Translations under genes and position numbers: made by a program
Notes under the pieces: model-generated
The model's database searches: none
Told to the model about the DNA's origin: nothing
Seen by the model: the letters and a program-made list of their open reading frames with translations, nothing else
Source of the DNA: Enoplolaimus lenunculus
Lineage: Eukaryota
DNA: 64,000 nucleotides
Reading direction: 5' to 3'
NCBI GenBank assembly: GCA_030248215.1
Contig: JASANG010003494.1
Span: 62,001-126,000, forward strand
Shown: positions 38,686-52,997 of the stretch, one piece after another
Layout of the letters: every line of letters starts with the position of its first letter
Position numbering within the stretch: position 1 is the stretch's first letter

Positions 38686-40551
38686 TATTTTCCTACCGTA
38701 AATAATTGTATTTATTTAGTGTAACAGTTTTAGCTTATTCTGCGAAATTCAGGTAGCTAGGGTTTTTACCTATAGCTACGTGTATTCGGAAGTAAGGTCG
38801 GAAGGGTAGGTTCGATAGCTTTTTGCCCATTGAGAAATTTTGAATACGCCACTGCCGTTTCTGCGTTTACGTTTAACGCTTTCACAGTTATCGCGCATCA
38901 AAAGTTTTAATATGCAAATAGTTTAAGTTTTTGGCTAAATGTGAAAATACCACTGCAATTATGGTGTTTTCGGTTTACTGTTATTTTACTTTGCATTTTT
39001 TGCATCTTTTCTTAAGTTCGAAATACACTGTGAATCAGCTCATTTTACATTTTGGAACAAGACGTGGTATAAACAAGGTAATTTCGAGGTATATTTTATC
39101 AGAATTTTACAGGGTCGATTGCAAAAATCTGAGAGATCGTAGGTTGGAATGCACGAAAGCAAAGCAACACTTTGACACCTACACAACTTCGATGCGGACC
39201 GGTTCGAACCGTTTTCCAATTTTATATTTGACAATTTTTTCTACATAATACGAAGGGGGTTCACATACACCTAGTGACCCGCCCTGGACGTGTTCTTTTT
39301 TCATATATCGCTATGTTTATGTTGAAGGATTTAATACTGTTGCATTGATTTATACAGTGTGTGACCAGATAATATCCGGTTGAGATCAAAATTCTTTGAC
39401 ATTTGGTTTTTTTAGTATCCGGTTGCACTCTGAATTACAACACATTCCATGTTTACTTAGCCTGTTTTTTATTTGCCTGTGTTAAATGCATTCCATTTTG
39501 TTTATGTATTGCTTAGTGTTATTGTCTATAAAGCTGAAACGCCGCACATACGTAGTTTTGGCACCGTTTCAGCACAAGTAAACATTGTTAACAGGCCGTT
39601 CTACAAAAGAATTAGTATGTATAAATGTATTTCTATATATTAAAACTGGAACGGCCGCACTTGTATTTTGGGCACTCTTACAGCACAAGTAAACATTGTA
39701 TTTAACAATATATCACAAACTTGTTAAGAGATTTGGTACGTTTAAATTATTGATAGCCTAATTATGTAAGCTTAAAGCGTGGCTCAACGAATGCTTTCGA
39801 TACAGTATGCACTTTGTGAAAACGTGTAAAACCCTATCACTTTAGGAAACAGTTATATTTAAAACACATTGGAGCTGTAATTTTAATTTTTTCATCCATA
39901 GAATGAACTATCAGTACCTTAAGTGCAGAACCCTGTACGCAAAATACATCATGCATAATGCGCAGTTTTTAGCAACTATTACGCGTATACACAGTACGAA
40001 ATCACCACAGACTCCAGGGTCTGCTCGGATGCGATCATCTAGCGCATTTATAGACAGTCAAGTGGTAACCCTTCCAAACAAGAGTCTCGTACTTCAAATA
40101 TTTTATCTCAGCTTGAAAGTGAGATGAAATAGAATGCAGCATTGCAGCTGGAAGTTTTTCAAACGGGAATTTGGACAAAACTTGCAAGTAAGTACTGCAA
40201 TGTTTAATAATACCCAAAATAGGAAAATTAAGACCAAATACTTAATGAACCAGGCCAATTAACCATATTCTTATGTGAAATAATTTGGTTCATTAACTTT
40301 AAAAGCTATTAAATCAGTACTATACTGCTCCAACGCTCGTAATAATTACCCAAGACAATGAATGATAAGTTTAGACTCATGTATAGCCAAGCACACTCGA
40401 AGTAAATCAGGGTACGTTAGCATTTTTCACCCTATGCCCACATTCCTTATGTATGCAGTATCTGTCCTCAGCCGGTATTAGACCTTTTAGCTGAAGAATC
40501 AGTGAACGATAATGTTACAAACTGAAGCACATTTTTTGCTCGTACTATATA

Positions 40552-40803
40552 CACTGTAAATCTCAGTGAGTTGATGTTAACTCAGAATGAAATGAATCAC
40601 TCAGTCTGAGTTAGGACTTTCAGAATTCAGAATTCTGAGTCATAAAACTCACTCTGAGTCAATTACTCAACTCACCCGCAATCAACTGAACTCAGAGTGA
40701 GAATCAACTAAACTGCTAGTGAGTTTAATGTTTACTGAAATTAATTCAGAAATAACCAACTCGCTAGCCGAATTGATTAATCAACTCATTGGAATTTACA
40801 GTG
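40552..40803. mobile_element. CACTG..CAGTG MITE with 2-bp TSD; copies at 42748-42966, 43100-43273, 43307-43618, 43897-44200
   Basis: CACTGTAAAT...ATTTACAGTG; interior rich in TGAGTT/AACTCA inverted motifs. Confidence 0.85.
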
Positions 40804-41904
40804 TATAGTTCGCTTGTTTGAAAACCTATTACTAACTGGTGATAGATGCTACACACAGCTGACAGCTTCTTATTATTATTAATATTTGACTTTCTGCCGT
40901 GGCGTAAGTGCAATATGTGTTGAAATTTTAGTTAAGTTTTCATGGATTTTTTCTATGTTCGCTTTATTCCAAGTTGTTATAAAGCATTTACGTGTATTAA
41001 AAATGTGCTAAATATATTGCGTATTTTGGCCAATGTATAGAACAGGGGCAGAACAGTCATCACAAGTTGTGTTTTTGTCGCATCTCGATCTCTTTTAGGG
41101 CGTCGAACGCTCTGACTATAGTGTTTTGTTTGGCGGAAAAAAGTGTTGTGGTATATAAGTGGACATTATCCACTCTTTTATTAAATGAACATTTTACAGA
41201 ACATCGTCAAAATTTGACAAAATTTTGATTATTCCAAAAAACATTGGTTTTATTACAATAATTTTGTCAAACGTACCACAAAAACTCTGGTTCAATACTT
41301 ATTTGTAAAGATTTATAACCAGATCATTTAAGCTACAGCCAATATACTTCTGAAGGCTTAATTTGAGAACAAAAACTGACATTAAATTCTAGTTCATAAG
41401 CACTAGCGGATGCAGAGGGGCTGCCTCCACCCTCCGCTAATTTTTTTTTACAATGAAATGGTAAAGTTCCTACCTGACAATTTTCATCTCAAAAAATTGG
41501 CAAATATATACCATACAGTAACAAAGTACGTTTCATAACTTTTGCCAGTCCACCGCTACCCGTCAGAAATTTCTGGATCCGTCGCTGGTCATAAACCTAA
41601 AACAATCCAGCGTAGATTCAATTGAGGTTTCTCGTGACCAAAATTACCCTATAAAATTGCAGTGGATTATATGCCAATTACCAGCATTGTTTTTCACTGT
41701 TTCAGTGGTTCCAACGCACCACACAGCTGTTAATTAAACGTCCAGTACAGAATGCAAATGGGCTCATTTAAGGGTGGTACTTGTTTAGCGAATGGATTTC
41801 AAATAAAAGAATAGTATATATATAAAAAAAAACCCAATACACTAAAAAAAGAGAAGAAGAAAACGCCCCCAACAACAACAAACAGAAAAACCCCCACAAG
41901 CAAA

Positions 41905-41936
<32 letters not shown>

Positions 41937-44639
41937 AAAAAAAAAAAACCAAAACAAAACACACACAAAAACAAAAAAAAAAAAAAAAAAAAATAAAAAA
42001 CAAAAAAAAAAAAAAACATAAGCCTAAGCCTAAGCCTAAGCCTAAGCCTAGGCGTATAAGCCAAGCGAAACAAAATAGTTTAAAGCTTAAGCTTACTTTT
42101 TTCCAGTCCCACAGAAAAACGTTTCGCCCCTGATTTTTACATGGGCCGAAACAATTAATAACAGCGTTTGGCATCAACTTCTGAATGACGGAACTTAACG
42201 GGAACTTGTACTGTGCCTTAGATTTACGGTTTATGTCTGTCGTCTTTAAAAATAAAAATTTATTAATAGAACTGGTCAGCCCTCTTGGGATGTCTGGTTT
42301 AAAATTAATTTTCGCACTTGAAAAAGTTTGTTTCGGCTCAAAATTATCCGAATTTTGAAGACGGTTTTATTAAAAATATAGAATTAAATTTTGTCTCTTT
42401 TCATTGTAACTCATTTACATAAAAACAAGTCCTAAGCACAGCGTGTAAGCTTAAGGTGCTCAATTAGGTTGTGACTTGAGGGAAAAATGTACAGAACAGA
42501 TCAATAACAATAGTATAAACATCACATAGTCCTACGTTAAAGCCTAAGCACAAGAATGAGATTATGCCTAAGCCGTAGCGTTAGCCTAAGCCTATGCAAA
42601 AAAGTGTCTAACGCTTAAGATTACTCTGAAGCAGTCAAGCAGAAAAACGTTCCGCCTCTGATCTTTATATCGGCCGACTGAAAGTCCACACAAAAGCCTA
42701 TAACGCAACTAATATTCCGAACCGGCTTAATATAGAAACCGCGAATACACTGCAAATTCCTAGTGAGTTGATTTTAACTCACAACGTGTTGAATCACTCA
42801 GTCTGAGTTAGGACTATCAGATCTCAAAATTCTGAGTTGATTCAACTCATTCTGATAAGAGTAAGAATCGACGAAACTCAGAGTGAGCTAAACTATTTTG
42901 TTGTTAACTCAGAAATAACTAACTTTCCGCCTGAGTTGATTGATCAACTCATTGGAATTTACAGTGTACGAATTTATGCCATAATTGTTCCAGGTCAGGA
43001 ATGTAACTGAACAACATTTCGAAGTCGCCTATTTTTTATCACGTTACAACTTCCAGATGTGTTAAATTATGTTACTATGTTAGCAGCGTTCAGCTAGAAC
43101 ACTGAAATTCCACTGAAATGATTTCAAATTAGAATAAGTTGAATCCATTCAAAGGCTTGAGCTATGAATTCGGTCTTCAGAACTTAAATTCTGAATTGAT
43201 TGTCGTCATTCTGAATTAATTACCAACTCACCCAGAGTTAAATCAGCTCTGAGTGAGTTAATTTTTAACAGTGAAGACTAAGCTTAAACCTGAGACAAAT
43301 AATAAACACTGTAAATTCTAATGAGATGATTAATCAATTCAGAGGCAGAATTAGTTATTTCTAGCTATTTCTGAGATAATAACAGTAGATATTGACTCAC
43401 TGTAATTTGATTTAATTCCCGTGAGTTGACAAATTAACTCACAACGAGTTGTAAACTCACTGTAAAAGTTGATTTAATTCATGTGAGTTGACAAATTCAC
43501 CCAGGACGAGTTTTATCAATTCAGATTTCTGAGTTCTAAAAGACTTAATTCAGACCTCAAACATCTGAGTGAATTAAACTCATTCTGAGTTAAAATCAAC
43601 TCACTGAAATTTACAGTGTATACACTAAAACAAAATTACAGAATTTTACTTAAAAATAGTAACTTATAATCAATATGCTGTTTCATTCAAAATGCGACGC
43701 AAACGAAAACACAATTAAATGGATTCGATTTATCCCACAGATGCCTGTTCAATATTATGATCGAAAAGGTAAGCGTTTAAAATCAAGTCATTTATTTCAT
43801 CTGAGATGTAATTTCAAGCTAAGATTCGAACCTCAATGCTCTAAAATGCGAGAAACATACCGTTACCGTTTGGCTACCAGAACTTGACGCATGCATCACT
43901 GTCAATTTCAGTGAGTTGATTTTAACTCAGAGTGAGTTGAATCACTCAGTCTGAGTTAGGACTATCAGAACTCATAATTTTGAGTTGATTCAATTCATTC
44001 TGAGTTCATTAACCAACTAGTTCTAACTCAGAGTGAGTGATTCAACTCATTCTGAGTTAATTAACCAACTCACCCATAGTCAGCTAAACTCAGAGTGAAA
44101 ATCAACTCGACTCAGAGTGAGTTTATGTTTATTCATATTAATTCAGAAATAACCAACTCGCTAGCTGATTTGATTACTCAACTGATTGGAATTTACAGTT
44201 CAGAGCCGAACGGGGCTCGCACGTATTGTAGCGATTTTGCACTGTGCATACCGCGTGCCAGTTAATAAACGATACTCAATGTATATTGTTTGCATAAGCA
44301 GTTTGCACTAAGTTAATATTTAGTTTATGACAAATTTGCTTAAATCCGGACATCTTAGCAAAACATACATAAATGAACACGAAAAAAAATAAAATTCGAC
44401 GCCAACTCGAGTTTCAGATGATAAACGCGAAATGCTCGGGTTCTGAATGGTCGGTTTTTTTGACCCAAATTTAAAGAAAAACGCCCAATGAGCGCTCAGC
44501 ACTTTTACCAGCCATAAAATCAAGTAGTTTTCCAGCTAATAGATGCCATATCGGTTTGTAGTTTAGTTTTTTTGACCCATGATACGTGTTGAAAATACCG
44601 TTGTAGTGATCGTTTTGTTGGGCGTCAAGTGACTTCATT

Positions 44640-44837
44640 TTACATAAACATATACATACAAATATATAATATAAATATATATACATACATAACATAAACA
44701 TATATTTATATACCTAAAATATACATGTATATATACATATAAATGTATATATGTATATGTATATATTTATATATATAATACAATATATATTACATTATAT
44801 ATATACATATATACATATACATATTATATATATATAA

Positions 44838-44900
<63 letters not shown>
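44640..44900. repeat. (TA)n-rich microsatellite tract; similar tract at 22529-22590
   Basis: Directly visible. Confidence 0.9.
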
Positions 44901-46063
44901 GGATGCAACGTGCTTGAAAGAAAAGGAAAAATTGCACGCATCGTTTTGACTTTGTTGCAGTGTTTGCTATGGTGATGTGAACCGGAAAACGGTATTTTTG
45001 GGCCGGGCCAAAAACAAAATTTAAAATACTCACTGGTGCGCTGTATACTTAGAGGTTTTTGCGAAACGCTCATGCTTTAAACCAGATATTTTGACAATCC
45101 TACAGGCAAGAGGGTGGTGTTGTTTTCGACACCGGTTGCCTAAAACAAACACGCGTGTGCTTTTTTGGCGTATGGCAACGCTGTGAACTTTGAAACGATG
45201 TGACTGGTTCGAAGCACCACTTGTTGCCACGGGCTGGGGTGGCGCTATCATCGGCATTGGTTAAAATATATTGAACCCAGTTGGATGCTAAATAATGCTT
45301 GTGGCGTTGAAATAGTTTCTTTTAGACTTGTTAGAAAAAAGTTTGATTAGTAGAATTTATGGCGGTTACGCCTATGTATGGTTTGGGAGGGGGGTCGAAC
45401 GGCAAATCTTAAAAAGGGCCGCTTCTCTTAATATTGCCAGAATGGCGTCTATGGTTTGTGAAAAAATATTTTTCAAATCTTCAACTGAAAATTGAGAAAT
45501 ATTGCAATCCATGGACGTTATGGATTTGTGATTAATATGTAATTTTTAGAAATGTTTATAGAAAAACAGTCGCAAAACACGATTCAACGTGTGCTTTCAA
45601 GAAATTTCGCATTTTCGGCAGAATTTCTAAACTTTAACAGTGTTTCCTATCGTTAGATATTCATATGAATCGGATGAGTATAAACGCTACTAAAATAAGC
45701 TTAAGTTTTCGTTTTTTGCTGTTAAAGACCACAAATAACGAAATTTGTTGCTGTTTTCGCCCATGTAAAGATCAGGGGCGGAACGTTTTTCTGTGGGACT
45801 GCAATCGAGTAAGCTTAAGCTTTAGACTAATTTTTGCTTGGCTTAAGCTTAGACTTAGGAATATGCTCATTCTTACGCTTAGGTTTAGGCTTAGGCTTAG
45901 GAATATGCTTATATATAATACTGTTTCGCCCCTGTTTTTTACATTGGAGGCAGTTTTTAAGTCATAAGTAGTAAAATTCCGGCTAATTTTAAATCTGAAA
46001 ATTTTCACCGCAGCTCGACCGCTTGCAGCTGATCGTGGTACACACTGCGATATGTATACTTTT

Positions 46064-46277
46064 GGCCCATATTCTCAAATGTGTATAGCAATTCTTATCA
46101 GTTAGCAATAGGTTTTCAAACTCACTACTTAATAACTATTGCAGTTTCTGAACAGAAAATTGGTACAGGAGTAGAGCAAAACATATGCGAAAAGTGTGTT
46201 GAGTTTTTGCGCCTCAAGCATTCACTGGTTCAAAAGTTACATGACCTACAGCTCACACACGTTTGAGAATACGGCCC
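46064..46277. mobile_element. MITE with GGCCCATATTCTCAAATGTGT TIRs; copy at 55521-55738
   Basis: Inverted ends ...ACACACGTTTGAGAATACGGCC; no telomeric interior. Confidence 0.7.
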
Positions 46278-46661
46278 CTTGATCATCCGTTTTTTCACAA
46301 CCGCTGATGTGATGTCACTGCGATAACGTCATGTTAGATAATTTGTCATTATGATTACGTCATTTTAGATAACTTCCGACTAATACATAATAATTTCCAT
46401 TTTTTCTACTTCAATAAGTCACAAAAACTGGCCATAATCTTACACATTTTTAAAATCAAAACACAAAGTTGTATAGCTCATAGTTCAGTAGACCGCCGTT
46501 AAACGTATGTTAAGTAAAACAACTGAGAGTGTACTTAAACATATACAGGTTTGCTTTTACATTTATCGGGTTAAACTTAATTTTTTAGGCTGACTTCAAA
46601 ACCCTGGAACTATTTGCTTGCAGCTTTAGTCTCCAAACGATCCCGTTAATATGCAAGACTA

Positions 46662-46829
46662 CAAGCCCGCAGAGAAAGGAGGGCCAGAGAGGCTCAGGTC
46701 CCCTGAAAAAATTTTTGCCCCATCTCAATGCAATTTGGTAACCTTTCTTGTAAGTCAACGGAAACCCTTGCATGTCCTTCCTGGAAACTATTTAGTCCCC
46801 TCTAACAAGGTGAGTTGGCTACGGACCTG
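46662..46829. mobile_element. hAT-like short MITE (CAGGCCCGTAGCCAG type); relatives at ~20560, 21388, 27765, 28814, 36340, 47793, 49848, 53190, 61580
   Basis: Perfect 8-bp TSD caagacta; CA..TG termini; shared GCTCACCTTGCTAG motif. Confidence 0.8.
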
Positions 46830-46919
46830 CAAGACTAACTTAACACCGTCAGCAAATAAAATTTAAAAATTATCGAAAAAATTTCGGTTTGCTAATAAAA
46901 CACACTTACTCGCGTTGTT

Positions 46920-47337
46920 ATGCATGGGATACTTTATTTTGCGTTTGGCGTGTGGTTTTTGTCATCGTCAAGTGACGCTTGCCGTGTTGGGATTTCGCAT
47001 TATGGTTTTATTCACAACATCTATACATTTTTAATTTTTAATCTACGACTATTGTTTAAATTTTCACACAAATTTCTGTAATATTTTATCCGTTTTGTTT
47101 CAATTTACAACTACTGGATTGCAAACGTATCAGCTGTACCGTTTCGCTGGTAATTACTAGCACCTTTGTAACGCTTACGGTTAAGTTGATAGTATTCGTC
47201 GATTGAATTTTAAAAATTTCAATTTTCAAGAAAAAAAAATAGTAGCACAACTTGCTACACTTCTATAGCAGACGGCAGGCGTCAAATGACGATGGCAAAA
47301 ACCACACGCCAACCGCAAAATAAACTGGCCCATGCAT
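46920..47337. mobile_element. Foldback element with ~65-bp TIRs
   Basis: atgcatggg..ttattttgcgtttggcgtgtggtttttgtcatcgtca versus tgacgatggcaaaaaccacacgccaaccgcaaaataa..cccatgcat. Confidence 0.8.
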
Positions 47338-48402
47338 TATGAATCGCCGGTATTAAAAGTTTAATTGTCACTTATGGTCCAAGTAAAAATCAGGGGCGGA
47401 ACGATGCTCTGAAGGACTGCAATAGAGTAAGTTTAAGCTTTAGAGTATTTTTTGCTTAGGTGTAATCGGCTTAGATGTAAGCTCATTCTTACGCTTATGC
47501 TTAGGGATAGGCTTAGAGACATGCTTATACTACTTTTCCGGCCCTGTTCTGTACAGTCGCGACTTTGAATTTGATAATGAATCGAACAATTAACAATAAG
47601 CGTTTTGATTAACATTTTGGAATCCTAAATCTTGCAGCGTTCATGAGTGTAAACCAGGCTTTCGTTTCAAAATGATATGATTTCATTAAAAACTTTTTCA
47701 ACGGGACTTAAAAAATGTTAAAATTACCATTAGATCGAACGGTTACTGCCCCTCACCGATGAGTGGGCCTGGTTTGGTCTCCTTTGGAAGCACGGCCCGT
47801 AGCCAGCTCTCCTTGCTAGGGGGTGGCTAAAAAAATTTCAGGGGGGCATTCCAGGGTTTTTAATGAGTTGTTATAAGCAAGGTTGAAATTTTTCGGGAGG
47901 GGCCAAAATTTTTCCATGGTGTGCAGCATCCCCCCCCCCCCGGCCCGCGGCCCCGGGAAAAACCCCCGTAGGGCCACCGCTACGAGGCGTAAAGCGTAGT
48001 ACCGCCGTTGCCATAGTCCATTTCGTTCTCTTACTAAGCTAAATATTATGTCTACAATATCAAAAGCATTCTATAATGCAAAAAATACTCCCTTTCCGTA
48101 ATTTCTCATAGCCCCCCTATTTACGAAAAACTCCTGGTTGCTGGAAGGCGCCTTTGCGGGTCAACGGAATCTTCGTGTCAGAATTTTTATGACTGAAGAT
48201 ATTTTACTTTACTTAGCTTCGTTAGATTAAAACCAAAATTGAGTATTAAAAAAGTTTAACCACAAAACTTTAATATTTATTAATGTTTTTAAAATACAAT
48301 CAAATGATATCGGTTCGGAAAATTTCACAAAAGCGTGACTTTTGAGTATAACAGAAGTTCGCTTGATTAAATTGGTCTGATAGAAGCTGTTAACTTCGGC
48401 GG

Positions 48403-48785
48403 GGCCCATGTAATAGAACAGGGCCGAAACAGTAGTATAAGCATATTCCTAAGCCGAAGTCTAAGCGTAAGTCTAAGCCTAAGCGTATGGATGAGCTTGT
48501 ACCTAAGCCTAAGCCTAAGCCTAAGCGTATGGATGAGCCTATTCCTATGCCTAAGTCTAAGCCTAAGCCTAAGCCTAAGTCTAAGCCTAAGCCTAAGCCT
48601 AAGCGTATGGATGAGCCTATTCCTAAGCCTAAGTCTAAGCCTAAGCTTAAACCTAAGCGTATGGATGAGCCTATTCCTAAGCCTAAGTCTAAGCGTAAGC
48701 CTAAACAAAAAATTAGTCTAAAGCTTAAACTGACTCTATTACAGCCCCTGCGGAAAACGATCCGACCCTGTTCTATACATGGTAC
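48403..48785. mobile_element. Telomere-repeat MITE (subtype A) with an expanded interior
   Basis: Subtype A TIRs; block aagcgtatggatgagc...(gcctaa)n repeated 4 times. Confidence 0.9.
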
Positions 48786-50589
48786 GACTTCGGTGCAGGT
48801 ACCTAATATTTAAAACGAATCTGCTGCAAAAGATATCAACTTGATAACAAGAGCTAAACATTTCTCAGAACGGCATGCAAGGCTTTCACGGTGGCTTATA
48901 ATCGAAACTTTTCTAGGGGACAAAGTTGCGTCTGAGGGTAGGTTGCTCCACCTCCTGCCAGGCGACGGTCTTAGCTCGAACCCGACCCTTTCACGAGCCC
49001 GCAAGTTCGTCGCCTTACAGTTTTGAAATGGTTCAAAATAATTAAACTTTTTTCTTCAAAGTTTGTGTTTTATCTTGTCTCGCTGGGGCAGGATTTTGAT
49101 TCTCTACTGCTGTTATTTTTTTTGAGGGTCAACACAGTTAAGGAATGTTGTTGTTTTTCCGATGGAAAGCGCACAACTGTTGTGCGTTTTTTTCGGGCGG
49201 CAGGAAGCTGAGTAATGTTAGGTTTATAAGGTCTGATAAAATGGACCCGGCTAAAAAAATACCAATATCGATTCAGGACAATGAACCATTGAATTCAGAC
49301 AATTGTTGACTAATGACGACGCTAATGCTACAATCTACTTCTTGCCAAAATTTCAGAATTACTTAGCTTACATTTAACATAGGTCTTAGGATTTATAGCA
49401 GGGGTGTAGCTAGGAATTCGATTTGGGACGGCAATTTGGGGAATATTCAACGTAGTCTGTTAGTTTTAATCGTGTCAGTTTAGTATTATATACTTGGGTC
49501 CATGTATAGATCAGGGGCGGAACGTTTTTCTGTGGGACTGCAATAGAGTAAGCTTACGTTTTAGACTATTTTTTGCTTGGCTTAGGTTTAGGTTAATAGG
49601 CTTCGCAATATGCTCATTCTTACGCTTAGGTTAAGGCTTAGCCTTAGTCTTAGGTTTAGGAATATGCTTATAATACAGTTCCGCCCCTGTTTTTGACATT
49701 GTGTTATGCTTGCTATAATTTGTTATTGTATACTCAGAACGTATAATGTTTTTGCTAAAATTTCAGCTAAAATGCGTAATTAGAAACTTGTGTACACAGA
49801 TAGCTGGAAGGAACTGCGAATTAAATATTTGACTGTGTCACACGGTCTGGCCCCAAGACAGCTCACCTTGCTAGCGGGACTAAAAATATTTTCAGGAGGG
49901 TCATTCCAGGGTTTTCAGTCACCTACATGCTAGATAAGAAATTTTTTGAGGTTCCTGGCTGAACTACCTCTGGCACCCTCTGCACACAAAAAAGTATTTC
50001 TGAATTTATTCAGAAAAGTATTTTCATTGGCATATCTGACATGTTTTTTCTGAAATTTAAGACAATCTTTCAAAAAATAATTGCAAAACGTGTATTTTCT
50101 GACTTTATTTCAAAACTTTTCTGAAATATTTGCTGTTATAACAGAAATACTTTTCAAGTGAAACTTCCTAATCATATTTCTTAAATGTAAGAAATTTTTT
50201 CTTAAATATCAGAAATATTATTTTGAGTGTGGCTACGGGCCCACGTACAGTTGACATCGTAATTATATATTTTTACTTTTTACCATGGGATACTACAAAA
50301 TGGGGTGAAATGGTACTATATTAATTTCAGTCCATTTGCACCCAGCTATAGGAACTTGATGTCCAAGCCCAACGGGTCCGCTGATGTCTTGGGAGCATTT
50401 TGTACTGAGTATGCTTGTTAGTAATAATTGTTAACGCGCCTTAATTCACGCATAGTGTGTAATGTTGAATACTCTATTTGAGACGTCGTTAAATTATATT
50501 AAAGTTACAATAACGTTTGACACCGCACCGTTCTTTGTTTGTCTCATTGTTCCAACAGTACCGTATAGCCATACCACCTTTCCACGGGG

Positions 50590-50996
50590 CAGGGTGCAAT
50601 CGGAATTCCGATTCCGATTCCGGTCCCGATTCCGATTGCACAATCAATTGGAATTGGGAATTTCAACATTTTAACTTTTAGGCGTATACTTGTTGCGATA
50701 TGTTGTATAAAAATTCTGTATCATTTATCTGTTAAATTGTTTTCGATAAGTTAACTTATCAATAATTGATTCTAGTTTAGCTTTACACAGCCAAAATCAT
50801 TGGCAATTTGTTCGTGCAACGTTTTTAAGAATTGTTGCCAGCCAACAGACACCCTGAATCAATATTAAACTAAGTTGTTAACACAAATTATCCATATAGT
50901 CACAAATTTTGTAGTTCCGACTCCGATTCCGGTATAAATTTGCTGTTCCGATCCTGATTCCGATTCCGGTATAATCCAGTTCCGCTTTGCACCCTG
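50590..50996. mobile_element. hAT-like MITE with CAGGGTGCAA ends; related ends at ~358-652, 57905, 61829
   Basis: CAGGGTGCAA...TTGCACCCTG, TSD ccacgggg/ccacgcag, subterminal (ATTCCG)n. Confidence 0.7.
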
Positions 50997-52760
50997 CCAC
51001 GCAGGGCTAAAAAGTTTTCAGGACGGGCATTCAAGGCTTTTCAATGAGTTACAAGCAACGTTGAAAAATTTCTATAAGGGTCAAAATTTTTCCATGAGGG
51101 GCTGAGCATCCCCTGGCCCCCGCCTTGTCTACGGTCCCGTGTTTCAATTTTAATATAAAAATGACCAACACTTGTGCTTAGCAAATCATGTGTGATATGA
51201 ATGAAAGCAATTTCAACAAATAATTATGCTTATAAATTATTATTTTGCACGCAATTCAGTTGTAAGGTTCGATTCGCTTATGATCTTGTAGCATTATTAT
51301 TAATTCCAGTCGAAATTTGTAATATACAGCGAGTTCTGAATAGCAATGTTTTTTGATGTGAAACATAGTTGTGTTTGTTCACATCCCTACAATATGTAGC
51401 TAAATATAGCAAAATTGAAATTAGAAAACTAAATAAATGGTTTGATAGTTTTTACGATGGTAAATTGGGTAACGTTAGTCTAAAACTTCAAGTTTCTGTT
51501 TATATTCTAATTTTAAATTTAAAAATATCAAAAACTATACTTTAAATTCAAAAGCAATTATGCCTTTTCAGAAGTCGTAGCACTTAAACAAATCACTAAC
51601 TGGCGAACGGTACTGCCCAAAATTTACAATAATTTTCTTGAAGCTCTGAAATTTGTCAACAGCGCCCAAGGCGAGTTTGATGTTTCGTTGTGATAATTTG
51701 CATATGTGCAAATATCATATATATGTATGTATATATTACATAGTTATACAGTGCCGGAGCAGGCAGGGGTGGGGGCTATCCCCAAATTTTCAGGACGGGG
51801 CCCCAAACTTGGTAGCGAAGCGAGCGAGAAACCGGACGCATTTTAAAACTTAAGCGGTATTTGTTTCAACCGATTAGGGTGGGGCGGCCCTTTTAGGGGT
51901 GGGTGCCCCCCAAATTGGGTGTCTGGGAGGTGGCTGCTCTGGCCTTGTACATATATATCAATATATATTGCAATAATCATATATTTGGTTTCAAATATTT
52001 TTTGAGATTTTGACATACGATTTAAATTTGAGAAACAGAGTCGAGAAGATTTTTGAGTTGATTTTTGTATGCCGACCAGTTTCTGCAGTTGTGCCGTCAA
52101 CTTTGATATCAAAACCGCAACCTACGGCGTGCAATAACCGCTGAAATTTGTCACCAAAAATTTTCTTACCGATTGCGAGCGGTTTTGCAATTTAAAAACA
52201 TTTGGTTAATTTTTTTAAATTTCAATAAACTGATTTGAACATTTTAATATTTGAGTCCGCTTTGTTGAAAAATTTGTTTATTGTAGAATGATCTTACCCA
52301 TCGACCGGATGCTGTTACTAACTCGTATCTTTAAGAAGAAATTAATGAACTTTTTATTAACTTTCTCGTAAAACTTAATTGAAAATTTTGACAAGAAACT
52401 ATTTTTAATTCCTCCCACGGTGCAAGCGTAAAGTGAAAAATGCCGGAGTCGAAGGTCAACAAAATTTGCTGAAGCAGAAATTGAATCGAAATTATGTAAA
52501 GTTAAAATAACCGATATAATTTGCTATTAATTTTAACAAATATCCTGTAAAGTATTGCCAAATATTTCGATTTTAGGCGTATTTTTTTAAGAGATCCTGA
52601 TAGTTATCAATTGAAACTTGTGCCAAATGTTTACTGCAACGAGCGCCGAATGATACAATATTTGGAACAACTATGACAAATTTCACTACCGAAATTACCG
52701 GAACCATCGGCAGAGATTGTAGCGGAGCCGGAGGAAATTCTCTTGTTATACCCCGGTTCT

Positions 52761-52997
52761 GGCCCATGTATAGAACATGGCCGGATCGTTTCCCGGAGGG
52801 GCTATAATAGAGTCAGTTTAAGCTTTAGACTATTTTTTTGCTTAGGCTTAGACTTAAGCTTAGGCTCAGGATAAGGCTAATCCATACGAATAGGCTTACG
52901 CTTAGGCTCAGGATAAGGCTAATCCATACGATTAGGCTTAGGCTTAGGCTTAGGAATATGTTTATACTACTGTCCCGGCCTGTTCTATACATGAGCC
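52761..52997. mobile_element. Telomere-repeat MITE (subtype A)
   Basis: GGCCCATGTATAGAACATGGCCGG...CCGGCCTGTTCTATACATGAGCC; internal block duplicated. Confidence 0.85.

Noticed and set aside
39903..40190. Possible plus-strand exons upstream of the 58506 exon
   Set aside because: Several weak, mutually incompatible frames; no support for any particular model
41805..42017. A-rich tract replacing half of a MITE (poly-A tail or poly-Phe ORF)
   Set aside because: Irregular A/C runs look like low-quality read-end sequence; the C/G runs at ~47930-47970 are similarly suspect
48367..48813. LRLRLR / PKPKPK / LSLSLS ORFs here and elsewhere
   Set aside because: Translations of TTAGGC/GCCTAA repeats inside MITEs
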